Assembly: GCA_050485725.1 (NCBI GenBank)
Contig: JBJHBX010000001.1
Span: 1-57,842 of the forward strand
Direction of reading: 5' to 3'
From: Gemmatimonadales bacterium
Lineage (GTDB): Bacteria; Gemmatimonadota; Gemmatimonadetes; Longimicrobiales; Gaopeijiaceae
DNA: 57,842 nucleotides
The notes below the pieces were generated by a model. That model was not told where the DNA came from, ran no database searches, and saw only the letters and a list, made by a program, of their open reading frames with translations. Positions within the stretch are counted from its first letter, which is position 1; each line of letters begins with the position of its first letter. Shown piece after piece: positions 27,779 to 37,181 of this stretch. The position numbers and the translations under genes were made by a program.

Positions 27779-28224
27779 TGCCACGCCCCCCGTATCCGGT
27801 CCAGCGCGCACGCCGCGTCCTCGCCCAGTGGATTGCGATCGCGAAGGAGCGACCGGCCGATGAGGCACCGATCACGGTCGAAGCGGCGCAACGTGTACTG
27901 AGGGAGAAGGACCCGAAGCTCGTGGCGAGTCGCCATACCCTCTGGAAACACGGCATCACCCGTTTGCTGGAGCAGGGGGCAGAGGCCCAGAAGGCGGGCG
28001 TCGGCGAGACCGCACGAGCCAGCGAACGGCAGGGCTACGTGGAACGCTTTGAGGCCATGAATGCTCGCATCCGGGAGGTAGAGGCCCGGAACCGAGAACT
28101 GCTCGGGCAGATCGCGACGATGACCTTCAACGCGCGGCGGCTCAACGTCAATGCGGCGGAACTCCGTGCGCCCATGCCGAAGCCGGACCGATCGAGATCC
28201 CGCGCGGGCCGCCGGAACGCATGA
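27778..28224 (+). CDS. Small helical protein, the fourth gene of the recombinase operon (GinD-like position)
   Basis: MPRPPYPVQRARRVLAQWIAIAKERP... with a coiled-coil-like centre (RFEAMNARIREVEARNRELLGQI). The start overlaps the upstream stop (TGATG) and the stop overlaps the next start (ATGA). Confidence 0.65.
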   Translation: MPRPPYPVQRARRVLAQWIAIAKERPADEAPITVEAAQRVLREKDPKLVASRHTLWKHGITRLLEQGAEAQKAGVGETARASERQGYVERFEAMNARIREVEARNRELLGQIATMTFNARRLNVNAAELRAPMPKPDRSRSRAGRRNA

Positions 28225-30401
28225 TAGCGACGAGTGCGGTGGCCGCGAGCAGGCGGAGCGCAACGAGCGTCGCCGGTGTGGTCGTGGAGACCCTCGCCCT
28301 CGCGACCATGTCCCAGCCGCTGTCGGTCATCCGCGTGGAGACCGGTTCGAGGCGCGTCGTGCGGTGTGTGGGCCTGGAGATAGGTGAACTCGCGGATGGG
28401 ATGCATGTCGAGCTCGATGGACACTGGGAGGTGGACGAGCGGTACGGACGGCAGTTTCGGATTCGCCGGGTCCGCTCCACACTCCTCCCGAACGAGGTAG
28501 AGGGGATCTCCGCCTATCTCGGCGCCGTGGTCCCGGGAATCGGCCGGCGGCGGGCCGCCACCCTCGTGAAGGTCCTTGGCGTGGAGGCGCTGGGGAAACT
28601 GCGTGCGGCTGAGAGTGACGCCCTGGTCCGGCAGATCTTTCCAGGCTCCACCGGTTTGCAGGTGGTCGCCGGCCTCGAATCTTGGCGCCGGGCGGAGCGC
28701 GCCGCGGCAGCGTCGGCCCGCCTCACGGAGCATCTCCTGCGCGCGGGCGTGACGCCGCGCCTGGCACGTCGCATCGTGGGGTACTTCCATGAGGCCGAAG
28801 CGGCGGAGGTCGCGGCTCTCCGCCATCCATACCGGCTACTCGACGTGCCCGGTCTCGGGTGGACTCGCGCCGACGCTGTGGCCCGTCTGCTTGGGGTGGA
28901 CCCTGCCGCACCCGAACGACTGCTCGGAGCCGCCCGATGGGCGCTTGCCGAGGCAAGGCGACATGGCCACAGTGGTGCGCCGGCCCGGTGGATCGGACAG
29001 CGCATCGGGGTGCATACGGGCGGCGCTGCGCCTCCGGTGGCCGTGCGTGCGGCCCTACACCGGCTCCGGGAGGATGGTCACGCGGTCGAGCGCGGGGGTG
29101 TGCTCCTCGACCCATCCACGGCCGTGGAGGAGTGGCGCCTCGCTGTCGTCGCGAGTCGGCTCCTCGCCGAGCCGACGATTCTCACCGAGGAGCACGTGCA
29201 GATCGTCCGGGATGCAATCGGCGCCGGGAGGCTCAACGACACTCAGGCGGACGCCGTCTGGGCGGCCGTGCGTCACCGGCTGGCCGTCCTGACCGGCCGG
29301 CCGGGAGCGGGGAAGACGACGACGCTTCGGGTCCTGCTGGACGTGTATCGCAAGATCGGTCTCGAGGTGCGGCTGGTAGCGCCGACGGGGAAGGCGGCGT
29401 CCCGCGCCCAGGAGGTGACCGGCGTGCCCGCCTGCACCATCCACCGCCTGCTCTCGGAGGGACGGGTGAGCGCGGATGCCGTCGTCATCGACGAAGCGTC
29501 GATGTGCGACCTCGAGCTCGCCGCCCGCCTGCTGGGCGCGCTCGATCCGGCGCGAACGCGTGTGCTCGTGGTCGGGGATGCCGATCAGCTTCCGAGCGTG
29601 GGGCATGGACAGGTGCTCGCCGACCTGATCGCCTCGGGACGGGTGCCGGTTACTCGCCTCACGCAGGTGTACCGCCAGGGGGAGGGAAGCCGCCTGCTCG
29701 CCAACGCGCACGCCCTGCTGGACGGCGCGCCGCTGGACCTCGCGGAGGGCGGCGACTGGCGATGCGTCCTGCTGGATGACGCCGTTCTGCCGGGTGACAT
29801 GGCACGAACGGTCGGCGCGGAGTGGCGCGCGCTCTCCGCGGCATTCGACCTGGCCACGGAGGTCCAAATCCTCGCACCGATGAAGCGAGGCGTCTGCGGA
29901 GTCGATCGCCTGAGTCCGCGGGTCCAGGCAGCCCTCACAGCCGGCTCGCGCGAAGGCCCTGCGGTCGCCGGTGGGAGCCGCGCACGGGTCGGCGACCGGC
30001 TCGTGATGACCCGAAACGGCTACGATCTGGAGGTGCCCGTCTTCAACGGCGAGCAGGGGACGGTGACGGATGTCAGCGGGTCCAGCCTGACGATGCAGGT
30101 CGATGCGGAGCGATCCGTAACGCTCCGTGGCGCTCAGTGCCTCTTCGTGCGCCTCGCCTGGGCGATGACGGTTCACCGGAGCCAGGGAAGCGAGTATCCG
30201 GCCGTCATCCTTGCATACCATCATGTCGCGCACGCGCCGATGATGGACCTGGGCGTCCTGTATACCGCCATGACGCGCGCCCGCCGACGCTTCGTCCTCT
30301 TGACGACGCCGTCCGCCCTCGCCATGACGGCGGCCAAACACGCCAGACGGCAACGGTGGACCGGGCTGGCGACGTGCCTCCGAGAACTAATGGGAGCCTG
30401 A
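28221..30401 (+). CDS. RecD2/TraA-like SF1B DNA helicase
   Basis: Helicase motifs GRPGAGKTT, VVIDEASM, VVGDADQLPSVGHG, TVHRSQGSEYPAVIL and LYTAMTRARRRFVLL. The N-terminus has an OB/HhH-like region. Confidence 0.9.
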   Translation: MIATSAVAASRRSATSVAGVVVETLALATMSQPLSVIRVETGSRRVVRCVGLEIGELADGMHVELDGHWEVDERYGRQFRIRRVRSTLLPNEVEGISAYLGAVVPGIGRRRAATLVKVLGVEALGKLRAAESDALVRQIFPGSTGLQVVAGLESWRRAERAAAASARLTEHLLRAGVTPRLARRIVGYFHEAEAAEVAALRHPYRLLDVPGLGWTRADAVARLLGVDPAAPERLLGAARWALAEARRHGHSGAPARWIGQRIGVHTGGAAPPVAVRAALHRLREDGHAVERGGVLLDPSTAVEEWRLAVVASRLLAEPTILTEEHVQIVRDAIGAGRLNDTQADAVWAAVRHRLAVLTGRPGAGKTTTLRVLLDVYRKIGLEVRLVAPTGKAASRAQEVTGVPACTIHRLLSEGRVSADAVVIDEASMCDLELAARLLGALDPARTRVLVVGDADQLPSVGHGQVLADLIASGRVPVTRLTQVYRQGEGSRLLANAHALLDGAPLDLAEGGDWRCVLLDDAVLPGDMARTVGAEWRALSAAFDLATEVQILAPMKRGVCGVDRLSPRVQAALTAGSREGPAVAGGSRARVGDRLVMTRNGYDLEVPVFNGEQGTVTDVSGSSLTMQVDAERSVTLRGAQCLFVRLAWAMTVHRSQGSEYPAVILAYHHVAHAPMMDLGVLYTAMTRARRRFVLLTTPSALAMTAAKHARRQRWTGLATCLRELMGA

Positions 30402-30964
30402 TGGGACGAAACCCTGAGCGCGAGCGCGAAAGGGTCCTCCAGAAGGTGCGCGCGTATCTGGCGCGTGCCACCATGGATCGCTCGCTGGAGCTGACGTATG
30501 ACGCGATCGCCGCGGCGGCGGGTGTCTCGCGCTCGCACTTCGCGAAGACCCAGGAGCCCGACATCCTGGAACTCGTCTCGGAGATCCAGGCGCTCCGCGC
30601 AGAACGCACAGGGGCGAGTGCCGATGCGCCGCCTATGGCTTCGCCCAGCGGGGCGACACGGCCGGGGAGCGCCAAGAACGACGTGGCGGACCTCTCCGAT
30701 TCCGCGCTCGCGGCCGACATCCGCTACACTGTCCAGGAACTCGCCCGCCACACGCAGGTCTGGCTGGGGCATCACCGGGCGCTGGCCTCGATCGACGACG
30801 CCCCGCTCGCGCTCTACGACCTCGACCGAATGCTGGGGAGCCTGTACCGCGACAGGGAGCGCCTGGCCGCGCTCATCTCCGAACGGGATCGACGCGCCCA
30901 GGGCCATCCGGCGGAGCCGCAACTTGCCATCGACCTGACGGGGGCAGGCCATCCCGGGACCTGA
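30401..30964 (+). CDS. Hypothetical 187-aa protein, the last gene of the coupled operon (possible N-terminal HTH)
   Basis: The ATG overlaps the helicase stop (TGATG). TYDAIAAAAGVSRSHFAK is HTH-like. No recognisable family. Confidence 0.55.
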   Translation: MGRNPERERERVLQKVRAYLARATMDRSLELTYDAIAAAAGVSRSHFAKTQEPDILELVSEIQALRAERTGASADAPPMASPSGATRPGSAKNDVADLSDSALAADIRYTVQELARHTQVWLGHHRALASIDDAPLALYDLDRMLGSLYRDRERLAALISERDRRAQGHPAEPQLAIDLTGAGHPGT

Positions 30965-30966
30965 TC

Positions 30967-31014
30967 ACTCCCAGTTCGCCGAGATCGGCAGTTTGATCTC
31001 GGCGAACTGGGAGT
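30967..31014. repeat. Perfect 20-bp inverted repeat with an 8-nt loop
   Basis: ACTCCCAGTTCGCCGAGATC-ggcagttt-GATCTCGGCGAACTGGGAGT. It starts 3 nt after the orf187 stop, and no T-tract follows it. Confidence 0.9.
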
Positions 31015-31019
31015 CCCCC

Positions 31020-31051
31020 TTGACCCCGTACTATGGTACAGGGTGTATCGT
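31020..31051 (+). promoter_or_regulatory. MerR-type mer promoter/operator
   Basis: TTGACC (31020-31025), the dyad CCGTAC-TATG-GTACAGG inside a 19-20-nt spacer, then GTATCGT. This layout resembles the Tn21 merO sequence TTGACTCCGTACATGAGTACGGAAGTAAGGT. Confidence 0.7.
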
Positions 31052-31083
31052 GTGATCGTACCCGTAGGCGGAGGCAGTCTGAT

Positions 31084-31515
31084 ATGCAGGGCGAGACCAT
31101 CGGCGTGGTGGCGCGGCGATCCGGTGTCGGAATCGAGACGATTCGATTCTACGAGCGGGAGGGGCTGATCGAGGCGCCCCCGCGCAGTGCTGCGGGATAC
31201 CGCCGGTATCCGGAGGAGGCGATTGAGCGGATCCGCTTCATCCAGCGCGCCAAGGATCTGGGCTTCTCACTCGCTGAGGTCCGCGCGCTCCTGGACCTGC
31301 GAGTGCGCTCGGACGCCGACTGCCATGACGTGCGGCTCCGCGCAGAGAGAAAGATCGCCGACATCGAGGCCCGGATCCGGGACCTGGGCGCGATGCGTGA
31401 GGCGCTCGCGGAACTGACACGGGCCTGCTCAGCGGGTAAGACCACCTCCGAGTGCCCGATCCTTGAATCGCTCAGCCGGGCCTGGAACGGCTCGCAGACG
31501 ACTACGAAGGGATGA
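31084..31515 (+). CDS. merR: Hg(II)-responsive MerR regulator, co-directional with merTPA
   Basis: IGVVARRSGVGIETIRFYEREGLI is the HTH. The conserved Cys positions are present (DADCHDV, and ACSAGKTTSECP). Confidence 0.9.
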   Translation: MQGETIGVVARRSGVGIETIRFYEREGLIEAPPRSAAGYRRYPEEAIERIRFIQRAKDLGFSLAEVRALLDLRVRSDADCHDVRLRAERKIADIEARIRDLGAMREALAELTRACSAGKTTSECPILESLSRAWNGSQTTTKG

Positions 31516-31907
31516 CACGCACGAACCTGAAGGACATGGACGCACCAGGAGTGGAGGTGCGTACTCGCACCTCGATCGGCCTGGGTGCGGCGCTGCTCGC
31601 CGTGCTGGGCGGGCTCGGGGCCTCGCTCTGCTGTATCGGCCCGATTCTCTTCGTGACCCTCGGAATCGGTGCTGGCCTGGCGAGCACCTTCGAGCCGCTC
31701 AGGCCACTCTTCACCGCGATCACCGTCGTCGCACTCGCCATCGGTTTTTATGTGGTCTACGGACGGAGGCCTGCACCCGTGTGCGGTCCGGATGGCGCCT
31801 GTGCAACCCCGATGCGGCGGGTCCGTGATCGCGTGGTGCTGTGGATCGCCACGCTGGTGGCGCTGCTCTTCTGGAGCTTCAACTACTGGTCGCTCCTTCT
31901 GGTCTGA
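31512..31907 (+). CDS. merT: Mercuric ion transport protein MerT
   Basis: The TM1 Cys pair in GASLCCIGPILFVTLG, then FEPLRPLF, and a second Cys pair in PVCGPDGAC. ATGA overlap with merR. Confidence 0.8.
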   Translation: MTRTNLKDMDAPGVEVRTRTSIGLGAALLAVLGGLGASLCCIGPILFVTLGIGAGLASTFEPLRPLFTAITVVALAIGFYVVYGRRPAPVCGPDGACATPMRRVRDRVVLWIATLVALLFWSFNYWSLLLV

Positions 31908-31920
31908 ACCTTTCCGTCGC

Positions 31921-32313
31921 ATGGAGATGCCTCTCATGTGCAAGACTGCCCGACTGCTCGCGCTCGCATCATCCCTTGCCCTGGCGTCCTCGGTCGCCGC
32001 CTGCGGTCGTGGTGGCGCCGAGCCGCAGGGGAACGTGGATGCGATGCCGGTCTCGCCGCCCAGTGCGGCCGCGGAGCCCACGACGACCGCTCGACTCACC
32101 CGTGTCGAGTTTCACGTGGAGGGGATGACGTGTGGCGGATGCGTGATCGGCACCCGTGCCGCTCTGAAGAAGCTGGACGGCGTGCGGGAGGCCGATGCGA
32201 GTTACGAGAACTCCAGCGCCTGGGCACAGTACGATGCAACCCGCGTCACCCCGGAGCAGATGATCGCCGCGATCAAGGAACTCGGCTACACGGCGACGGT
32301 GGTGCGGACCTGA
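31921..32313 (+). CDS. merP: MerP-like periplasmic Hg-binding protein (lipoprotein form, HMA domain)
   Basis: A lipobox in LALASSVAAC, a long linker, and an HMA fold with GMTCGGC. Confidence 0.8.
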   Translation: MEMPLMCKTARLLALASSLALASSVAACGRGGAEPQGNVDAMPVSPPSAAAEPTTTARLTRVEFHVEGMTCGGCVIGTRAALKKLDGVREADASYENSSAWAQYDATRVTPEQMIAAIKELGYTATVVRT

Positions 32314-32345
32314 GGCCCGCTCGCGACCTCTGCAAGGAAACTACG

Positions 32346-34022
32346 ATGAAGGTGGAACTTCGTATCGAAGGGATGACATGCCTCGCCTGCGCGCGTCATG
32401 TGGAATCCGCGCTCCGGGGCGCACCAGGCGTCCAGCAGGCGCACGTGGACTACGCTACTGGGCGCGCAACGGTCCTGGCCAAGGACGCGGTGCAGGAGCG
32501 AGACCTCCTGGATGCCGTCGCGGGGGGCGGGTATAGGGCGGTCGCCGAGCCGTCGGCTGCTCCCACGTCGCGCCCCGAGGCCACCATGCCCGTCGGGAGC
32601 GATGCGGATGGTGATGCCGATTTCGATCTTCTGGTCATCGGGACCGGTGGGGCCGGAACCGCCGCCGCGATCAGGGCGGCGGAGATCGGCGCCCGGGTGG
32701 CGGTCGTCGAGGGTGCTGACGTGGTCGGTGGCACCTGCGTCAACATCGGCTGCATTCCGTCGAAGTATCTGATCGAGGCCGCGCACCACTTCCACACGGC
32801 GCGGACAATCTTCCCCGGGATCGCGGCTTGTGATCCTCATCTCGCCTGGGCCGAAGTGATCCGGCGGAAGCGCGAAATCGTCGACCGGCTCCGTCAGGAG
32901 AAGTACCTGGACGTGCTCGCCTCGTATCCGGAGATTACGCTCCTGCACGGCCGTGCCCGGCTCACGGCGCCCGGGCGAGTGGATGTGTCCGGTCGTGAGC
33001 TACGTGCGGCTCGCGTCGTGGTCGCCACGGGGACGAGGCCGGGCATGCCGCCTGTGCCGGGGCTGAACGAGGCGGGGGCACTCGACAGTACGTCCGTGAT
33101 GGAACTCGAGTCGCTCCCCGACTCGATGATCGTGATCGGCGGCGGATCCATCGGGCTGGAGCTGGGCCAAGCCTTCGCGCGCTTCGGGGTCAAGGTCGTG
33201 GTCCTGGAAGCCGCCGTTCGGATCCTGATCGGAGAGGATCCGGAGATCTCGGACGTGCTGGCCGACTCGCTTCGCGCCGAAGGAATCGAGGTCCATACGG
33301 GCGTGCAGGTCACGCGCGTCGAGCGCGACTCCCAGGGCTTCGTCGTCCACATGCGGGACGGGAGTGTCGCGGGACAGCTCCGTGCGGAACAACTCCTTAT
33401 AGCCACCGGACGCATCCCCAACACCGAGGACCTGGGCCTTGAGGCCGTAGGGGTGGAGATCGATGCCCGAGGCTTCATCCGCGTCGATGAGTACATGCGC
33501 ACTACGAGCCCGAGTGTCTTCGCCGGCGGAGACGTGACAGGCGGTCCCGGATACGTCTATGTGGCGGCCCTGGGAGGCGGCATCGCCGCTCAGGCCGCTC
33601 TCGAGGATCGGGCGGCGGAAGGGGCGATCGCGATAGACCTGAGTGCGGTCCCCCGAGTCGTCTTCACGGACCCGCAGGTGGCGGCAGTCGGCATGTCCGA
33701 AGGTGAAGCGACAGCGGCAGGGATCAGCGTCCAGGTGACCACGCTGCCCGTTTCCGCGATGCCTCGCGCGGTCGTTTCACACCGGGGCCGCGGCGTGATC
33801 AAACTCGTCTCTGAGACAGGTACCGATCGTCTGCTCGGCGCTCACGTCGTCGCGCCGAACGCCGGCGACCTGATCGGCGAGGCGGTGCTCGCCGTCCGAT
33901 TCGGCCTGACCACCAGGGACGTGGTCTCGACGCTCCATGCGTACCTCACCTGGGGTGAGGGACTCAAGCTCGCCGCCCAGACCTTCACCAAGGACGTCGC
34001 GAAGCTCTCTTGCTGTGCGTGA
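32346..34022 (+). CDS. merA: Mercuric reductase MerA with an NmerA domain
   Basis: N-terminal GMTCLAC, FAD-binding LLVIGTGGAGTAAA, the redox-active GGTCVNIGCIPSK, and a C-terminal Cys pair in KLSCCA. Confidence 0.95.
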   Translation: MKVELRIEGMTCLACARHVESALRGAPGVQQAHVDYATGRATVLAKDAVQERDLLDAVAGGGYRAVAEPSAAPTSRPEATMPVGSDADGDADFDLLVIGTGGAGTAAAIRAAEIGARVAVVEGADVVGGTCVNIGCIPSKYLIEAAHHFHTARTIFPGIAACDPHLAWAEVIRRKREIVDRLRQEKYLDVLASYPEITLLHGRARLTAPGRVDVSGRELRAARVVVATGTRPGMPPVPGLNEAGALDSTSVMELESLPDSMIVIGGGSIGLELGQAFARFGVKVVVLEAAVRILIGEDPEISDVLADSLRAEGIEVHTGVQVTRVERDSQGFVVHMRDGSVAGQLRAEQLLIATGRIPNTEDLGLEAVGVEIDARGFIRVDEYMRTTSPSVFAGGDVTGGPGYVYVAALGGGIAAQAALEDRAAEGAIAIDLSAVPRVVFTDPQVAAVGMSEGEATAAGISVQVTTLPVSAMPRAVVSHRGRGVIKLVSETGTDRLLGAHVVAPNAGDLIGEAVLAVRFGLTTRDVVSTLHAYLTWGEGLKLAAQTFTKDVAKLSCCA

Positions 34023-34377
34023 GAGCACTGGTCAGGCGTGGGGATATGCCGACATCAGGGTGGATGATGCTGCTACGTATTTTGTGAAATAACTGGACGA
34101 TGTGACGAATAACGACACGGCGTTATCGGATAGTACCCTTCTGAAGGGGTCCAGCGGCGTGGGGTCGGTTTCTTCCGGCCTCACGCCGTTTCCTTGGGCC
34201 TCCTCAGCAACGTTCACCGCCGGGCATCCCTTCCCTCCGGCGACAACGCATCCAGCCCCCTCCGGTCGCCAGCGGAGAAGAGTGGATCGGGTGATCCGCG
34301 CGCGCTCGGCTGCCGGGTTCTCCTCTCCCGGTTCGACTGAGCGCGCGGCACCGCCACCATCTCAGGAGGGGATCATC

Positions 34378-34785
34378 ATGATTCTCCGCGACGACGAGGA
34401 ATCTGACGACCACATCCGCCCCCTGATCCTCATCCGTATCGCCAACGCCACGGCCGCGCTCGTGGCCGCGTTCGATGCTGCGTCGTACACCGACGACGTG
34501 GATGAACGAAGCCTGCGGTTCGCGGACGTGTCATTCTCCGCCGCCCGGGGACACGATGAGTTGCACGCGACCCTGGTGCGTCTGTACGAGGAGTCGGGTG
34601 AGCACCCGGAACTCGAACAGCTCAAGCTGGCCTGCGGGTTGTTCGCCGCGGCTCAGGCGTGCGCGACCTTCGCGACCGGGGCAGAGGTGATCGACCCCGG
34701 AAGCCCCGCCTACATCGAGCACACCGGCTCGTATCGGATCGGGCTTGAGTGGATCGTGCGGCTGCTCGCGCAGTTCGGTCCGTGA
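34378..34785 (+). CDS. Hypothetical protein (135 aa)
   Basis: AGGAGGGGATCATC precedes the ATG. The sequence is helical with high GC3. No family recognised. Confidence 0.5.
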   Translation: MILRDDEESDDHIRPLILIRIANATAALVAAFDAASYTDDVDERSLRFADVSFSAARGHDELHATLVRLYEESGEHPELEQLKLACGLFAAAQACATFATGAEVIDPGSPAYIEHTGSYRIGLEWIVRLLAQFGP

Positions 34786-35067
34786 AGGTGATCGCGAGCT
34801 GAGCCCCCCATCCCGCCGAACACCCTCCTCACCACCGCACCCAATAAGGAGGCCGTCGCTCCGCGCCGGCCCCGTTTTTCGTTTGTGGACTGCTGCCTCT
34901 CGGTTTTCTGAAATGTACACCCGGGAGCCACGCGTCAAGGATCTCCGGCTTCGCCTCCGCCGAGCGGCTTACGCCGTCCTTGACCCGCGGCGCCACCCGG
35001 GTGCGTAGCGGGCTAATCGCCCGAGAGGGCAGAAGGCAGTTGTTCACTTCAACGGAGGCTCACCGCC

Positions 35068-35652
35068 ATGTCCGCGACTCGCTATTCCATCCCGCCGTTC
35101 ACGACCACGGTCCGGAACGACCGCCGCTTTCTCCACTGTGTCGCATGCGGCACCTGGCAGAAGGAACGCTCCTACGCCCTCTGCTCCGAGTGCTACCGGG
35201 TCAACGGATCCCTCGACCGAGGTTTCTTCACCTGCTTCGCCCGTCACGCGGTTCGGGAGACTCCGGAATACAGCTACCGGTCCCATCCCGAGTTCGACCG
35301 CGCGAGCCGGATCTACGCCCGACGCTGGAAGAGGGAGCGGGACCTCGCCGAACTCGACGCCCGGATTCCCGCCTTCCGGTACCGGCCTGCCGACGCTGAC
35401 CGCCGGGCGCGTTACGCCGAGGAGCCCTACGACGGGCTCGGGTCCCACGACCTCAGCGACCTGCTCGAATGGCAGATGCACGGGGTCGAGCTTCCCCGGC
35501 CCGAGCGATCCACCCATCGGGAGCTGACCGACGCCGAGATTGCGCGCTGGGATGCCCAGGTGGATGCCTGGGCCAGGAAGCGGGGCGTGAACCTCGCGCA
35601 CGAGCCGGCCCCCGAGGATGGGGAGTCCCGGCCCCAAGGCCCGGACGGATGA
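35068..35652 (+). CDS. Hypothetical protein with an N-terminal CxxC...CxxC zinc-ribbon-like motif
   Basis: HCVACGTWQKERSYALCSECY. The ATG is preceded by ACGGAGG. Confidence 0.5.
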   Translation: MSATRYSIPPFTTTVRNDRRFLHCVACGTWQKERSYALCSECYRVNGSLDRGFFTCFARHAVRETPEYSYRSHPEFDRASRIYARRWKRERDLAELDARIPAFRYRPADADRRARYAEEPYDGLGSHDLSDLLEWQMHGVELPRPERSTHRELTDAEIARWDAQVDAWARKRGVNLAHEPAPEDGESRPQGPDG

Positions 35653-35857
35653 TCCGGGTCGGTCGCCTTCCCGGCGCCTGCCGGAAGGTGTTCGCCCTTC
35701 GGTCGAACATCCCTGTACGGGATCTCCCACCTTCAGCGGTCGTGTAGGCAGGAGGGCCCTCCGCGGAGAGTCGATAGCGCAGGGAGCGAGCAATGGGAGA
35801 GGGCCCTCGCGCCTCCTGCGACCTCCGCCTTCACTTCGACCGTTTGAGTCCCCCGCT

Positions 35858-36175
35858 ATGAACCCGTCGCCGTACTCCTCACGACGAAAGCCGCGCAAGG
35901 TCCGCTACCACGACCACGAGTGGGAACGGGTCGTCCGGCATGCGCAGGCGTGCGGTCTGCCGACCGCCACGTTCGTTCGCAGGGTCTCCCTCGGAGCCAA
36001 GCCGAGAGCCCGGCGCAACCGCACCGAGAACGACCTCATCCTCCAGCTCGGACGGATCGCCGCCGACCTCCATCGGCTCGTGAATCTCAGTGAGCAGGGG
36101 AACGCTTCCTCGTCGTCGGCCGATCTGGAACGCCTTCTGAACGAGATCCTCGCGGCGGTCCGCAGGATCGGCTGA
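35858..36175 (+). CDS. mobC: MobC-like relaxosome accessory protein (RHH type)
   Basis: VRYHDHEWERVVRHAQACGLPTATFVRRVSLG...LILQLGRIAADLHRLVNL matches the MobC pattern (RHH followed by a GxNLNQ-like helix). Confidence 0.6.
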   Translation: MNPSPYSSRRKPRKVRYHDHEWERVVRHAQACGLPTATFVRRVSLGAKPRARRNRTENDLILQLGRIAADLHRLVNLSEQGNASSSSADLERLLNEILAAVRRIG

Positions 36176-36191
36176 TGCGTGAGGAGGAAGG

Positions 36192-37181
36192 TTATCCTGC
36201 CGGCAGCCCAGCCTCCCTCACTGGCCCGGGGAACAACACCTGAGGGACCCACCACAGATAGACGATCATCCCGAAGAGCTCAATCAGGGACTGAAAGACG
36301 ACCACGACCGCCGCCAACTCGAATCCTCCCGGCAGCGCGAGCACCAGGGGCAAGATCACGAACGAGTTCCGCGTACCAAAGCTGAAGGCCAGCGTCCGTC
36401 CTCGTTCCACGGGAAGTCCGAAGAGCCGGGAGAGAAACCGCGCGATCATGCCACCCGCCACGAGGAACAGGGTGAACACTGCGATGAGCCTTCCCACCAG
36501 TTCGAGGGACATCGCGCCCAGCACGATGTCCACCTGCGATGCGGCGACCAGCAGGATCACCAACGCTAAGAGGGCGATGGAGATCCTCCCCGCCCCGTCG
36601 AGCCGGGCAGCTCGCCTCGGGGTCTTGGCCGCCCACCCCTGGGTCAGTGCGGCAGCCCCGAGAGGCAGCAGGATGAGACCGACGAATACGACCGCCATGC
36701 GGCCACCCGCGAGTCCGAGCGCGACATCGCCTCCAAGGAAAATCCAGAGATAGACGGGCAGGAGCAGCATCTGGAGGAGCAGGCCGAGCGGTGAGAAGGC
36801 GATCGCTCGTCCCGCGTCGCCGCCGCCGAGCTGGGTGAAGGAGACGAACCAGTCGGTACAGGGAACCAGCAGGACCACCAACACCCCCAACCGGACCGCG
36901 GGGTCGTCCGGCAGTAGGCTCAGCAGAGCCCAGGCCACCAGGGGAACGACGACGAAGTTCCCGGTCACTGCGGCCGCGAGGAACCTCCCGTCCGCGGCCG
37001 CCTCCCGGATTCCGGCCATCGGCACCTGGAGGAAGGTGGTGTAGAGAAGCGCACCGAGCGCCGGCCAGAGTAGCGTCTCGAGGGCGGCCGCCCCCTCCGG
37101 GAAGAGGGTGCCCACGGCCAGACCGCAGAGAACCGCTCCCAGGTAGATGAGGATCTGGTACCTGTCGATTCCGTCCGTCAT
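36192..37181 (-). CDS. ACR3/BASS-superfamily permease (arsenic-resistance-protein-like)
   Basis: About 10 TM segments, with NFVVVPLVAWALL and LLVPCTDWFVSFTQLGGGD. The start overlaps the stop of the out-of-frame TlpA C-terminus (ATGA at 37178-37181). Confidence 0.7.
   Translation of the reverse strand: MTDGIDRYQILIYLGAVLCGLAVGTLFPEGAAALETLLWPALGALLYTTFLQVPMAGIREAAADGRFLAAAVTGNFVVVPLVAWALLSLLPDDPAVRLGVLVVLLVPCTDWFVSFTQLGGGDAGRAIAFSPLGLLLQMLLLPVYLWIFLGGDVALGLAGGRMAVVFVGLILLPLGAAALTQGWAAKTPRRAARLDGAGRISIALLALVILLVAASQVDIVLGAMSLELVGRLIAVFTLFLVAGGMIARFLSRLFGLPVERGRTLAFSFGTRNSFVILPLVLALPGGFELAAVVVVFQSLIELFGMIVYLWWVPQVLFPGPVREAGLPAG

Noticed and set aside
31020-34130. Tn21/Tn501-type transposon ends around the mer module.
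   Set aside because: No 38-bp Tn3-family-like inverted repeats, tnpA/tnpR genes or res sites are visible next to merRTPA.
34023-34377. ORFs at 34032-34217 (-) and at the 5' part of 34102-34785 (+), considered as merD/merE-like genes downstream of merA.
   Set aside because: They have no MerD HTH or MerE CPC motif, poor coding composition and no RBS. Only the 34378-34785 portion, with a strong RBS, is kept.
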